DNA of 64,000 nt from Octopus bimaculoides (GCF_001194135.2 NC_068992.1:64065116-64129115), one strand, 5' to 3'; shown: positions 51,170-64,000, counted from the stretch's first letter. Numbers and translations: made by a program. The notes: generated by a model from the letters alone, not told the origin.

Positions 51170-51594
51170 TCTTTTATTCTTTTATTTATTTCAGTAATTT
51201 GACTGCGGCCGTGCTGGAGCACCGCCTTCAGTCGAAGAAATCGACCCAAGGACTTATTCTTTGTTAGCCTAGTACTTATTCTATTTGGTCCCTTTTGCCG
51301 AACCGTTAAGTTACGGGAACGTAAACGCATCAACTTCGGTTGTGAAACGATGGTTGGGGGGAGGGGACAAACACAGACATACAAANNNNNNNNNNNNNNN
51401 NNNNNNNNNNNNNNNNNNNNTATATATATATATATATATATATATATGACGGGCTTCTTTCAGTTTCCGTCTACGAAATCCACTCACAAGGCTTTGGTCG
51501 CCCCGAAGCTATAGTGGTAGGCACTTGCCAAGGTGCCACGCAGTGAGACTGAACCTAGGATCATGAGGTTGGTAAGCAAGCTCACTCCTGCGCC
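51170..51594 (-). mobile_element. SINE family A copy (gap in central microsatellite)
   Basis: Reverse complement of the 6348-6765 element. Confidence 0.88.
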
Positions 51595-53094
51595 AACTAA
51601 CAATTTTCAACGAGAAATATTTCATTAGTTCTAATATACGTAATTGATATTCTATATTCGTTAATTTCATGTTGCAGTCGCAATGTCGTCATGTCTGAAA
51701 CTTATTACTTATACAGATAAGTAAAGAGTTTTTTTTAAATGTTGGAAAAGCGCCTATTTTGAAAAAGGTGCGCATGAAGAACGTTCGTTCCCCTTGCTCC
51801 TCTGTTAGTTACGCCACTTATAGTGAGTTATAGTTAACTAATAGTTGTATGAATGACATATCTTTTAATTGTCTCTTTGAGAGACACACACGTACCCGCG
51901 CATATGCACGCACGTACACATACACATACGCATACAAACACAGACGTGCGCACACGCATACACATAAAGGCATGTGCACGCACGCACAACTGAAAGAACT
52001 CAACCATCTGATCTGCACATTTATAAACACAGTCTGTAAGTGGAGCAGTAAAACTATGCAAGACTTTTCTCAGGTTTAAAATGTGACATTGTTTTCGTTT
52101 TCTATATTCCAGCGACGGAGTTTTGTATCTTTGTTAGAAACCCGCTCTTTCCCCAGAAGAATTTAGATAATTACAAAGAACGTACATACATAGAACACAT
52201 GCACAGAAGCACATATACATATGAAATGCACACATATAAACAGTTATGAGCTGACGTTGATATGCACACGCACAAATACATGTTTATTCTGATGTACATT
52301 ATGTACGGCACACACACACACGCACACATCAACCAATTCAGTAAAGCACAAACTCCAAGAGTTCTCTCAACTTAAACAAAAGAATCTTATCACCGTTTTA
52401 ACGACCAGCTTCAGGGGGAAAAAAATTTAAATATCCCATGTATATAAGCGTACCTATAATTAGATTGGTGGCCTTCACATAAAATAAAACAATGAAAATC
52501 TTAATTTGAGCTGAAACAGTTCAAGGGAAATAACTCCTAATATAAATTTTCAAGAAATCTTTAGTTATTTCCCCTGACACAAAGATTCCACTAGTATGTA
52601 TATATATATATATATATATATNNNNNNNNNNNNNNNNNNNNNNNNNNNNNNNNNNNNNNNNNNNNNNNNNNNNNNNNNNNNNNNNNNNNNNNNNNNNNNN
52701 NNNNNNNNNNNNNNNNNNNNNNNNNNNNNNNNNNNNNNNNNNNNNNNNNNNNNNNNNNNNNNNNNNNNNNNNNNNNNNNNNNNNNNNNNNNNNNNNNNNN
52801 NNNNNNNNNNNNNNNNNNNNNNNNNNNNNNNNNNNNNNNNNNNNNNNNNNNNNNNNNNNNNNNNNNNNNNNNNNNNNNNNNNNNNNNNNNNNNNNNNNNN
52901 NATACATATATATACATATATACGACGGGCTTTTTTTAGTTTCCGTCTACCAAATCCACTCACAAGGCTTTGGTCGGCCCGAGTAGAAGACACTTGCCCA
53001 AAGTGCTACGCAGTGGGACTGAACCCAGAACCATGTGGTTGGTAAGCAAGTTACTTACCACACAGCCACTCCTACGCCTATATATATATATATT

Positions 53095-53161
<67 letters not shown>

Positions 53162-53162
53162 G

Positions 53163-53197
<35 letters not shown>

Positions 53198-53908
53198 TAC
53201 CAGCATACCTCAAATTACGTCGGTAATTTTCCCAAAATACGTTCTAACACGAAAAACTACGTAATCGCCCCCCCCCCAAAAAAAAACATTAAAAAAATGT
53301 ATTAGCGTATATCTTTTGACAAATGGTTTGTATATTATCTTATTTGATTTCTCACTTTAGTATAGGCTTAAAATTTATTTTACTAAATATATTCTCTGAT
53401 ATCGACAAAAAGTCGAATAAATGACTAAAGTTGAGGTTTATTGTTTTCCATTAATTTCTTTAAAAAAAAAAAAACGGCGAAAATCGTATAAAAGATATGT
53501 CACTTATAGAAGTGGCAGGAAAATTGTTGTTTAGTTCTTAATATTATTTTTTTAATGAACAAAAGTGCCTTAGAATATTTTGAATTTTTCTGACTATTGT
53601 TTTCTTAATTTGTACTTTTTAATCTATTTTCTTTCCGTTACTGCATGAAATGTTCAGCTGTCAGGTTTGCTTTGATTCAGAAACACGATCAAAGGACTTC
53701 GATCATCTCATCTTTTCCATAAATACTTCACCAAGGACCGCATAATCCAGTGCTACACACTACCAACAATACGTCAACTATGCCTACAACATTAACAGTC
53801 CAGCCTAAGCATGAAGTTCTTTCACATATCTTTGTAATAACCTGTTATATTATGTTAATTCATGTATAGCAATCATTGTATTTTATAACGGAGAATAAAA
53901 CTTCGTTT

Positions 53909-54137
53909 GGCGATCTTACGTTACCAGTTCCAAAGCTGTCACTTGAAACCACGTGTGTTTATTTACATCATATCGGCCTTTTCCGTAAAAGGGTTTTAGG
54001 GTTATGGTTAGGGAATTCCGTCCCTAACCGTAACCCTAACCCTAATCCTAAAACCCATTTACGGAAAAAGCCAATGTGATGTAAATAAACACAAGTGGTT
54101 TAAGTGGCAGCTTTGGAACTGGTAACGTAAGATCGCC
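53909..54137. mobile_element. Palindromic MITE (229 bp) with 8-bp TSD, Merlin-like
   Basis: Perfect 30-bp TIR GGCGATCTTACGTTACCAGTTCCAAAGCTG, with arms pairing over nearly the whole length. TSD CTTCGTTT at 53901-53908 and 54138-54145. Internal TTAGGG/CCCTAA repeats. Confidence 0.85.
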
Positions 54138-54736
54138 CTTCGTTTACCAGTTCAGTTTCAATCTCAAGTTGTATATATCTCATTCCAGCATTCTCACACA
54201 TTAACCATCTCCGTTATAAGGGTGTAGGATAGAAATCAGCATTCAATCTGATTGAATTGGTAACAAAATTTTCAAAGAACTGAAACGTCTATGTGACTAA
54301 AATCTTAAAACCAATTCAAATAGAAGTCACGTTTTTAATGTCATCTATTTGGTTTCTGTTTTTTTTTTTAATACTTATATTTGTCTCTCTTTCTGACAAG
54401 CAAGAAAAATATTGTCGTAACGAGACGAGTTGATAGCGCGAAGAAATATTTTGGCATGCCTACACAAGTGTGGCCCCACCGCCAACTTTTTCCTCTTAAG
54501 TTTCGGGAAAATGCATTTTCTGAATGAAATTTTCTGCAAATATCTTTCAGATAGCGTGGATTCTGATTTTATTAGAATTTAAGGTTAGAAATAAAATGGT
54601 GGCCATGCACGCGTACATACTGATGCATATTTATATAACATTGTTCCGGGTTCAGTCCCACTGCGTGGCACCTTGGGCAAGTGTCTGCTACTCTCTGTGT
54701 CTGTTTGTCTGTCCCCACCTCTCTCTCTTTTTCCAG

Positions 54737-54871
54737 TTGTCATATCCTGGATGTACCGATCGGTTAAAGGCGATGGAGCCCAAGATGGTACTTCCATATG
54801 TACTTAAAACAATTGGGAAAGCATGCAACACAGGACCAAGTCATGTAAGACCTCTTCTCAATAAACTTCAG
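54737..54871 (+). CDS. Candidate exon of an unidentified plus-strand transcript
   Basis: Pyrimidine-rich acceptor CTCTCTCTTTTTCCAG|; a 135-nt open phase 0-0 frame LSYPGCTDRLKAMEPKMVLPYVLKTIGKACNTGPSHVRPLLNKLQ; donors CAT|GTAAGA (54844) or CAG|GTTTTG (54871). No family recognised. Confidence 0.3.
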
Positions 54872-56286
54872 GTTTTGTGCCGATTGTAGAAAGACAAAAA
54901 AAGGTATGTATGTATGAATAAGCAAACGTACATACGTATGGGCACGCACGCACACATACGTATGGGCACGCACACGCACATACGTATGGACACACGGACA
55001 CACTTGGGAAGCGGTAAATGGTGCAAGGGTGATAACTTCGAATTTTTTATCCTCACATGCAGTTTATGGCACGATAGCTCGACATGCTAGAAATAGCAGT
55101 CAAGCTAAACATTTTGTAGTCTTTAAAAAGAAGTTGGAGATATTTGATAGTGTTTTTCTCGATAAATACGAAAAATAGCAAAAACCCATCCAAAATTGGA
55201 TAGTAAAAGCTCGAACAACTTTCATCAAATTCCTGCTTTATAAGGACTGATGAATACCAATATATAGAGAACCAAGTGACACACAATTACTGATCTTGCC
55301 ACAAACAAATTAGCTCGTCAGAAAATCTCTACAGATTGCAAGCTGGAGTGAACTACTGCTATCTCTAGCAGGCAAATATCCACCACTGAGGATAACCACA
55401 AAGAGGTCAAAACCATATGGTCTGGTGTCTTGTGGCTAGAAGATTGTAGGAGTTCACTCCCCTTGCAATAACTATCAGATGCAGATTGCATCAAATAACC
55501 AGCTGGAGGAGGAGGAGTCCTCCAGAAGTTAAAAATGATAGTAACTTTGGTTCCTACCGAACAGTCACGTTTAAAGAGGTGATAAATATTACTTTTCAAT
55601 ATGGCTACTGCTCTCATCTCTTATAAAGATTTTTTGACTTGCTAATTTGCTTGTTGACTTTTAAACATTTACAAATGTGTTTCGGTCACTCAGAATACAC
55701 AAGTCTGTTTTTGTATTCTCCAAATCCCATTATTGCAGTTTCATTTTTATTCCCACAGATGTCTATACCTCAAATCAGAGATTGTCCAGGTTTTCTTTTT
55801 ATTCAATCCTTTTGAGACAACCTGCTTCCTAGTTTAATTCCCCAAAATTAAATTTATCATCCATTAATGCAACTCTGGCAACGGATTAATGACGGCTGAT
55901 TCAATCTTTGATTTCCAAATTAGTCAACCTGAAAACTGAAAATTTGTGTCATAATCTTGGACAAAGCAGTAGTAGAGACACTTTACAAATTTATTAATGA
56001 TTGTTTTTTTTCTTGTCCCAATTTGTGCTTGCGCCAACAAAAAAAAAAACAACAAAAGTGCTTTGGACCTTGTAATGAGTAACCATTGCTAACACAATTC
56101 ATAATATCATCATTAGAGAAAAGCAACTTTGGTAGACTACAGCATGTAGCATCGTTTTTCTGTAGCCTTGTTTTTCCTCCTCCATGTATGAGATACAAAT
56201 CGATGACCACCCAACACAGCCATTTGGCAACACAGATCTACATCAAATGGAATTTATGAGTTATTGCTTGTTGACTGATCTTTCTC

Positions 56287-56321
<35 letters not shown>

Positions 56322-56757
56322 GTCTATCCACCCATCTGTCATTAGTCCATCCTTCTATCCTTCCATCTGTCTGTCTGTCTGTCTGTCTGTCTATGTGAAT
56401 ATATACATACAAGTATGCTCTTTTAGACCCAATATTTACATGCTTTTATTTATAGCCTAATCTACTTTGCAGTATACAAATGTGTGTGCATGTGCATATT
56501 TATATATAGATATATATTTATTCACAGAAAAAGACAGAAAAATAATGTTATAAATGCATAATTATTCAAAGGGAGTATGGGGTGTAGAATAATAATTTTG
56601 TCCATGGAGCGGTTGTGTCTATATATATACATCACAAGTGTTAATAAAGTAGAGCAATAATATACATTATCTGCACAACCAACTGTCACTTGAAGTGGCA
56701 ACTTACATTCAAGAAGATGATATATATTTATAATCCAGGAAAACGATTCGCTACATT

Positions 56758-56796
<39 letters not shown>

Positions 56797-56801
56797 ATAT
56801 A

Positions 56802-56903
<102 letters not shown>

Positions 56904-56996
56904 CACACACACATATATAAAAATATACATATCTATATCTATATATATATATATATATATACATACTTGAGTAGCATTGTGGTAATTAAAAGAAAG

Positions 56997-57026
56997 CATC
57001 ATCATCATCATCATCATCATCATCAA

Positions 57027-57058
<32 letters not shown>

Positions 57059-57310
57059 ACATCATCATCATAATTTCATCATATTTATTATCATCATCAT
57101 CATCGTCACCATAATGATCATCATCATCATCAACGTCAATGCAGTAGTGGTGGTGATTGTGATTGTGATTACAGTTATGCTAGCTGTTGCTGTGGACATT
57201 GAAGTCGATGTGGTTTTGTGGCTAGGGTTGCAGTGGTCAAGCCCCAGATCATCGTGGTCGACGTAGTCAGCTTTATCATAATCATCATCGTTGTTGTTGG
57301 TAGTGGTAGC
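56997..57310. repeat. (CAT)n-rich compound microsatellite preceded by a long (TA)n/(TG)n tract
   Basis: Directly visible; explains the poly-H/M/I ORFs. Confidence 0.95.
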
Positions 57311-58506
57311 CATGGGGGATTGGCAGAATTGCTAGCATGGCTTCTCTCCCCTTCAAACTGCGTTGTGTTATTTATGCACATTTATTACTTTGACGGTCAT
57401 TTTCTATATGGTTGCTATTATGTTAAACTGTTGTATGTCCAAATTTGGCCAAGTGCATTGTTTTTCCATATTTATCTTTGCTTGCAATAGCCGGTTCTTT
57501 CGGTGAAACTATCGTATCTCCAGCTGCTTCAGATGCCAAGATATCAAAAATTGCCATAGTGTAGTACAACAGTTTTGCTATGGAATGGCGAAACTATTTT
57601 TTCGGTTTTTGAAAAAGCAACATTTTGGACTTACGACACTTTTGCATAATAGTAACGTTGTGTGTGTGTGTGTGTGTGTATGTGTGTGTGTGTGCATATA
57701 TATNNNNNNNNNNNNNNNNNNNNNNNNNNNNNNNNNNNNNNNNNNNNNNNNNNNNNNNNNNNNNNNNNNNNNNATGGGGGATTGGCAGAATTGCTAGCAT
57801 GGCTTCTCTCCCCTTCAAACTGCGTTGTGTTATTTATGCACATTTATTACTTTGACGGTCATTTTCTATATGGTTGCTATTATGTTAAACTGTTGTATGT
57901 CCAAATTTGGCCAAGTGCATTGTTTTTCCATATTTATCTTTGCTTGCAATAGCCGGTGTTCTTATGGTCAAACTATCATATCTCTAACTGGCTCAGATGC
58001 GACGATATCAAAAATTGTCAAAGTGTAGTACAACGGTTTTGCAATGGAATGGTGAAACTATGTTTTCGTTTTCTGAAAAAGCAATGTTTTGGACTTACAA
58101 CACTTTGGCATAATAGCAACGATATGTATTTAAAAGCTTTGTGAAATAAGCATACACATCCTTTTAAAAGCTCTGATGAAGCAGTAAGATGATGCACAAG
58201 ATTCAGCCCTGAGTGCACTGTTTCTTATAGCACAAACAGCTGTAAGCTAATGGAGTTGGTAATTTAATTCCTGTTCTGTTGTCATTCAATTAATTCATAT
58301 ATATATAGAGAAAAAGAAAGTAAGAGATAGATAGATACATAGATAAATATATAGATACACAAACACCAACATACTCTCACACACAAGTATGTATATAAAC
58401 TCACGCATACACATACACATATGTGTGTGTGTTGTTTCATGTATGTATATAATTCATGAACATGTGTGTGTGTACATGTGTTTGTACGTGTGCAGTGTGT
58501 GCGTGT

Positions 58507-58871
58507 GTGTAGTCGTTGGTTATGGCCAGTCAGAAATTTACCTTGGATTCATGTCTATTATTGTAATTAGCAATATAGGTAACTTATCAGGCCTGCTGGC
58601 TGGAAGCACATAACCTCCTGGAAACATGAGCTTCTCCGTTTGCTGATTATTGAGCAGAAAACTTACATAAATACATAAACTGACCCATTTTGGACACATC
58701 GGGAACCTTCTAAGGGAGGTAATTTCATTTCAAGGTCCCCCCTTACCTCAATTTGTAAAAAGGTCAGGTGTCTCCGGTCAGTGGATCTGTTAAGTTACCT
58801 GGATTGCTAAGGGCAATGATAGACATGAAACCAATGCTAACTTTCTGACCAGTCATAACCAACAACTACAC
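58507..58871. mobile_element. MITE with about 75-bp imperfect TIRs
   Basis: GTGTAGTCGTTGGTTATGGCCAGTCAGAAA...GGTAACTTA pairs with TAAGTTACC...TTTCTGACCAGTCATAACCAACAACTACAC. No TSD found. Confidence 0.7.
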
Positions 58872-59034
58872 AAAATATTCTTTTCTACTTTAGGTACAAG
58901 GCCCAAAATTTTGGGGGAGGGGTGTTAGTCGATTACATCGACCCCAGTACTCAAATGGTACTTAATTTATCGACCCCGAAAGGATGAAAGGCAAAATCGA
59001 CCTCCTCCATACCTATAGGTAAAGGTCTCGTTTA

Positions 59035-59450
59035 GTTGTGCACTTGTGTAAAAGAGATTTTAGTGAATGCCCCTTTACCCCACACATAAGCAGGATGCTT
59101 ATAAAGGGTAAACTACGAGTACCCAGCAGCAGCAGTAGAAGCAACAACAACAAAAATAACAGCAGCAACAACAGCAGCAGAACCAACAACAACAACAACG
59201 TCAGGACACCTACATATGTTGGTGCAATGAAGGGCCCCTTTAAGCTGCAACTAAATAACCACAAGTCCCCTATTAGGGTCCCAGTGTGGTACAATGTTAT
59301 AGCATTGGCCAACTACATATAACACTTAAGAGAAGAAGAAATACCACACAGAATGAAATAGAAGCTTCTGGAACAGCCTGTGCCATACCTCAATGGAAGC
59401 AGATAGTGAAAACTTTACTTGGCTGAGAGGGTCCATAAACTTCTGACCTA
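59035..59450 (+). mobile_element. Penelope-like element GIY-YIG endonuclease fragment (degenerate, contains a CAA/CAG tract)
   Basis: TYVGAMKGPFKLQLNNHKS...ALANYI*HLREEEIPHRMK*KLLEQPVPYLNGS resembles the PLE pattern TYVG...FKxRxNNH...LSxYIWxLK...Y.NGS. Confidence 0.7.
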
Positions 59451-59789
59451 GATTATATTTTGACCTATTTATTCTATTTATAGACTTGCTTGTTTTCTTT
59501 TGTAATTTATGTGAATTTATTATCTAAAGATGGCAGAACAGAAATACTTCACATAACCTCTTAAGATATTAAGCTCTTATCATTGATTTTCTCTTATTGC
59601 TTTACCTTCTCTTTCACTTGGTTTTAGTGCACAGTTATTCATCATCATCATCCAGTTCTATGTTTAAGAGATGAGGACTTATGTACATAATTTACATTAT
59701 GTTATTATTAACAATAATCAAGATGAGGACAAATATCCATCAAATGTAAATAATGTAAATAATTCCTCATCTCTTAAATATAGAACTGT

Positions 59790-60180
59790 ATCATCATCCA
59801 GTGTTTTAAATCCGGGTTTTGTCCCCATTAACGGGGGTGGCTGGATCTACCTCAGTGCTATAGTAACTGCCCTCACACCATTTCGTCATCTTGCCTGGTT
59901 TTGGTCGTCCTCCTTTTTCAAACCAACCCTCCTAATCTCCTCCTCCACCTGTACCCTCCACCTTTTCCTCGGTCTACCTCGCTTTCGTGCTCCATTTACC
60001 TCAAACGCAATCACCCTCCTCAGAACCTGCTCTTCATCCCTCCCCAACACATGCCCATACTATCTCACTCCATTCACCCTTGCCAACCATTCCACCGATT
60101 CCTCTAACGCCAGCATTCCCATCAGAATCCTCAGTCCTCCTATTATCAAACAGCTTCACCGCACACATTTCTCTCACCTC
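59790..60180 (-). mobile_element. RTE-clade LINE C-terminal fragment
   Basis: Minus frame reads YGHVLGRDEEQVLRRVIAFEVNGARKRGRPRKRWRVQVEEEIRRVGLKKED, the RTE RGRPRKRW motif, and ends in a (GAT)n tail. Confidence 0.75.
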
Positions 60181-60842
60181 ATGATTATTGTAACATGTTA
60201 TTTAACCCTTGGTCAATAATGCTCAAGTGGACCTATGATTAAAGGACTTTCAATTGTGATGATAAAATTTCTTTGTTTTTACAAAGACATAAGTATATCT
60301 AAGGATATATTATTAAATGTTTCTCTTTTTAATGACAGAAATGTGTAATCTGAAAGAGATTTGGTTACTATTTTTAGAAGGCTGAGTGCTCATATAGAAC
60401 CTTTCTTAGCTGTCATAGGTGCTCTCTGGTAATGAATGAACATCCCAACATCTTATTTCATTTGTCCTTTGATCTATAAAACAAGTCATTATTGTGCCAT
60501 TCACAGAGTTATCGGAAAAAAATGGGAAGAGTTTTGCGAGTCCAACAACTGTTTCTGGGGGTTTGGTGGCCCTGTCAACACCTCAAATATAAAATTTTCC
60601 AATGTAAAATTCTCCCCTGAAGATGGAAGCAGTGTTATCTAATAATGGATCCAAGTAACTATCATTATTCTGGACCACCAAGCCCCCAAAAACAACTGTT
60701 GGACTCATAAAATTCTACCCATTTAACTCCTGATATCATTTATATTCTGAAAGTCGGACTATTTTATATCCATACACATGTACATTTTTCTATTAAATGT
60801 ATTTGATATTCTGTGTAAATCGACTTGCCTAACTTGCTTGTC

Positions 60843-60901
<59 letters not shown>

Positions 60902-61499
60902 TGAATCCAAACAAAGAAGAACAAGCATGAAAAAACAACAACGCAAGGACGTGGTACAAGTTATGTATTATCAAATGCTCAGGAAAGGAAAGAAAAAGGA
61001 TTTAACATTTTGAACAAAGCTCTTCTTCAGAAATAAAGTAAAGTCCAAAAGAAGGGAGAATGGAGAAAGAAAATCGGCAATGATTCGCATGTCATTATGT
61101 GTGAATCAGTTTGTCCCCTGCCATCACTTAACAACTGGTGTTGGTGTGTTTACGTCCCTGTAACTTAGTGGTTCAGCAAAAGTGACCGATAGAATAAGTA
61201 CTGGATTTACAAAGAATAAGTCCTGGGGTCGATTTGTTCGATTAAATGTGGTGCTCCAGCATGGCTGCAGTCAAATGACTGAAACAAGTAAAAGAATAGA
61301 AGAACGTAACATGTTTGGACATGGTAAACTGTTACCTTGCTGGGAAACAGGTGGGGGGGCTGGTGATGGGAAGGGTATCTGGCCATGGAAAAGCTGCCTG
61401 CAACAAATTCCGCCTGACCCATGCAAGCATGGAAAAGTGGACGTTAAAGGATGATAATGAACAGAGCAGCCAGTTGGTCACACATGAATGAGCATGGCT

Positions 61500-61960
61500 C
61501 GGTAGCATGTATCATGCTTCTGATAATGATTTTAGGTCCCTGAGTAGCTGCAAGCAAACATAGGCACCTGATCGTCTGCCTCACCTTTAATTCGGTTGAG
61601 TAATCAGAATGTGACAGTTGAAGAGAGTGAGGGCTGCATCCACTCATGTAGCTTTGGTGGTGGGGTGGTCTGCCTCGGGGCAGCACTTTTAAGGGAGTAG
61701 CACATTTGTTTCTGCTGTAGGTAATATGTTTTTTGTGGGGTCTGGGGGTGGAAAATGGAAAGGATGCCCTGGGTGGCACACACTCTAGCTATGCTAGTGG
61801 CTGCACCAGCACTCAACAAGCACTCTTTTACACCTGAATGGATTGTAGTAATGTGAAATGAAGAGCCTTGTTCAAGAAGGTGACCAAGAAGAACAAAAGT
61901 AGCTAAATTTCTCATTGCAGGTGTTTCTGGAATTGTGTCAATGACCATGTCACAGATGTG
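61500..61960 (-). mobile_element. Highly degenerate LINE fragment, possibly I-group RNase H region
   Basis: The stretches GSSFHITTIHSGVKECLLSAGAATSIA and LHEWMQPSLSS...LLNRIKG loosely resemble the RNase H and C-terminal region of I-group LINEs. Weak. Confidence 0.3.
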
Positions 61961-62742
61961 TAACGAACTATTTTGATACTTCATGAAATTAATTGAATGT
62001 GAATGTAACAGTTTAGTTATTAAATGGTTAGAATGGTCCTGTGGCTCTTGTACAATGTTGTCACTTACATTGCAACATAACGTCTTGGATGAAGTCGTTT
62101 GCTCAATGAATGCAGCTCAACAGCCACCAAACCTCCATTCAGAATATAAAAGCTCCGAGGAATGTTGTTGCATGTTGTCTATAATGAAGGAGATGGAGGG
62201 GATGGAGGAGGAGGAGGAGGAGGAGGAAGAAAAAGAAGAAGAAGAAGAAGAAGAAGGAAGGAGAAGAAGGAAGAAGAAAAAGGAGAAAAAGAAGGAGGAG
62301 GGGAAAAGAAGAAGAAGAAAAATACATCCTTAAAAAAATAGACAGTAATCTTAAAGTTGTTTCAGTCAATTTAATAAAACCAGTCAGTCCTATCAAACAT
62401 TTTTATTTTGCTTTCTTTTGAACCAAATATCTACTTTTANNNNNNNNNNNNNNNNNNNNNNNNNNNNNNNNNNNNNNNNNNNNNNNNNNNNNNNNNNNNN
62501 NNNNNNNNNNNNNNNNNNNNNNNNNNNNNNNNNNNNNNNNNNNNNNNNNNNNNNNNNNNNNNNNNNNNNNNNNNNNNNNNNNNNNNNNNNNNNNNNNNNN
62601 NNNNNNNNNNNNNNNNNNNNNNNNNNNNNNNNNNNNNNNNNNNNNNNNNNNNNNNNNNNNNNNNNNNNNNNNNNNNNNNNNNNNNNNNNNNNNNNNNNNN
62701 NNNNNNNNNNNNNNNNNNNNNNNNNNNNNNNNNNNNNNNNNN

Positions 62743-62937
62743 GCAAGAGGGTGTCATAGAATTGGTCTTTCAGACCATCTGGTAGCCCAGGTTGAGGTGC
62801 ATAGGCTGAGATGACAGTAGCTAATCTATGATGAAGCACTAGTCTGATCTTAAGTACTCTGTCACTTACTCTAACGACCTCGATTACCTTATCCACCCAT
62901 TTCTCCGCTAGAAGTATTCCTACGCCCCCGACCCCGT
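62743..62937 (-). mobile_element. RTE-clade LINE apurinic endonuclease fragment (runs into N gap)
   Basis: GGVGILLAEKWVDKVIEVVRVSDRVLKIRLVLHHRLATVISAYAPQPGLPDGLKDQFYDTL, a typical RTE APE segment. Confidence 0.88.
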
Positions 62938-63005
<68 letters not shown>

Positions 63006-64000
63006 TATGTGTATATACACACATATAATGTGTGTGTATGTGTATATACATTTTTTTATTCATTTGTTTATTTTTTAACTTTAAAATCATTAGACTGTCG
63101 CCATGCTGGAGCACTACCTTAAAGCAATTTTAGTCAATCAAATCGATTCCAGCATTATTTGTTTTAAAAACCTGGTACTTATACTATCGGATCTCTTTTG
63201 CTGGACTGCTAGGTTAAAGGGATGTAAACACACTAACACTGGTTAAGCAGTGGTGGGCGATAAACACAGACACAAAGACACACACAAACACACACACACA
63301 CACACACACACACGTATATATATATGTGTGTGTACAACAGGCTTCTTTCAGTTTTTGCCGACCAAATCCACTCACAAGGCTATGGTTGGCCCAAGGCTAT
63401 AGTAGAAGACATTTGCCCACCAACGTATGTATGTATGTATGTATGTATGTATGTATGTATCTTATTTCTTTACTGCCCACAAGGGGACAAACAAGGACAG
63501 ACATAAGGATTAAGTCGATTACATCGACCCCAGTGTGTAACCAGTACTTATTTAATCTACTCCAAAAGGATGAAAGGCAAAGTTGCACTCGGCGGAATTT
63601 GAACTCAAAACATAGCGGCAGACGAAATACCGCTAAGCATTTCGCCTGGTATGATAACGTTTCTGCCAGCTCGCCGATATGTATGTATGTGTGTGTGTGT
63701 GTGTGTATGTGTATGTATGTATGTATGTATGTTTTTTCTATTTTACTCTTAACCAAAAAAGTCTAAAAGATGGAAACCGGTAATAATATGTACTTCATGA
63801 TAAAATTATTTTAGCATTTTCTGCCTTGTCTTATTTTCCTTTTATATATATAAAAAAAATATATAGTTTTAGGGAAAATAACCAATTTTCAAGAACTCAT
63901 CGATGAAAATCCACTATCACATATAGAAAAATTAATAATTAAAAGCACAATAAATGAGTATAATATAAAGTAAAGTAAATATCATAAGATAAATATAATA

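Noticed and set aside
55318-55617. 99-aa minus-strand ORF as a gene
   Set aside because: No family motif and no minus-strand splice signals; retained only as part of the plus-strand candidate cluster.

Overview
Eukaryotic, AT-rich, microsatellite- and SINE-dense animal DNA with many N gaps. The repeat families and short-read gap pattern suggest an octopus genome (inference). The only gene I can firmly identify is a minus-strand CRTC/TORC (CREB-regulated transcription coactivator). Its first four coding exons are at 28435-28325, 23000-22896, 10980-10876 and 1740-1679, and the gene continues off the left edge. Its third intron (10875-1741) has minor-spliceosome (U12) signals: GTATCCTTT donor and TTCTTTAAC branch site. 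A U2-type acceptor lies 40 nt upstream of the U12 acceptor. The rest is intronic or intergenic sequence filled with transposon relics: mariner, Tc1, Chapaev3-like, Merlin-like, hAT and other MITEs, Gypsy, RTE (one family with tandem C2H2 fingers), Penelope, an R4/Dong-like element and three SINE families. There is also a candidate minimal hammerhead ribozyme at 37438-37480 and a second CpG-rich promoter-like domain at about 49.3-55 kb with unassigned candidate exons. Most ORFs in the supplied track are microsatellite or N-gap artefacts. All family assignments come from reading motifs by eye; no database search was run.
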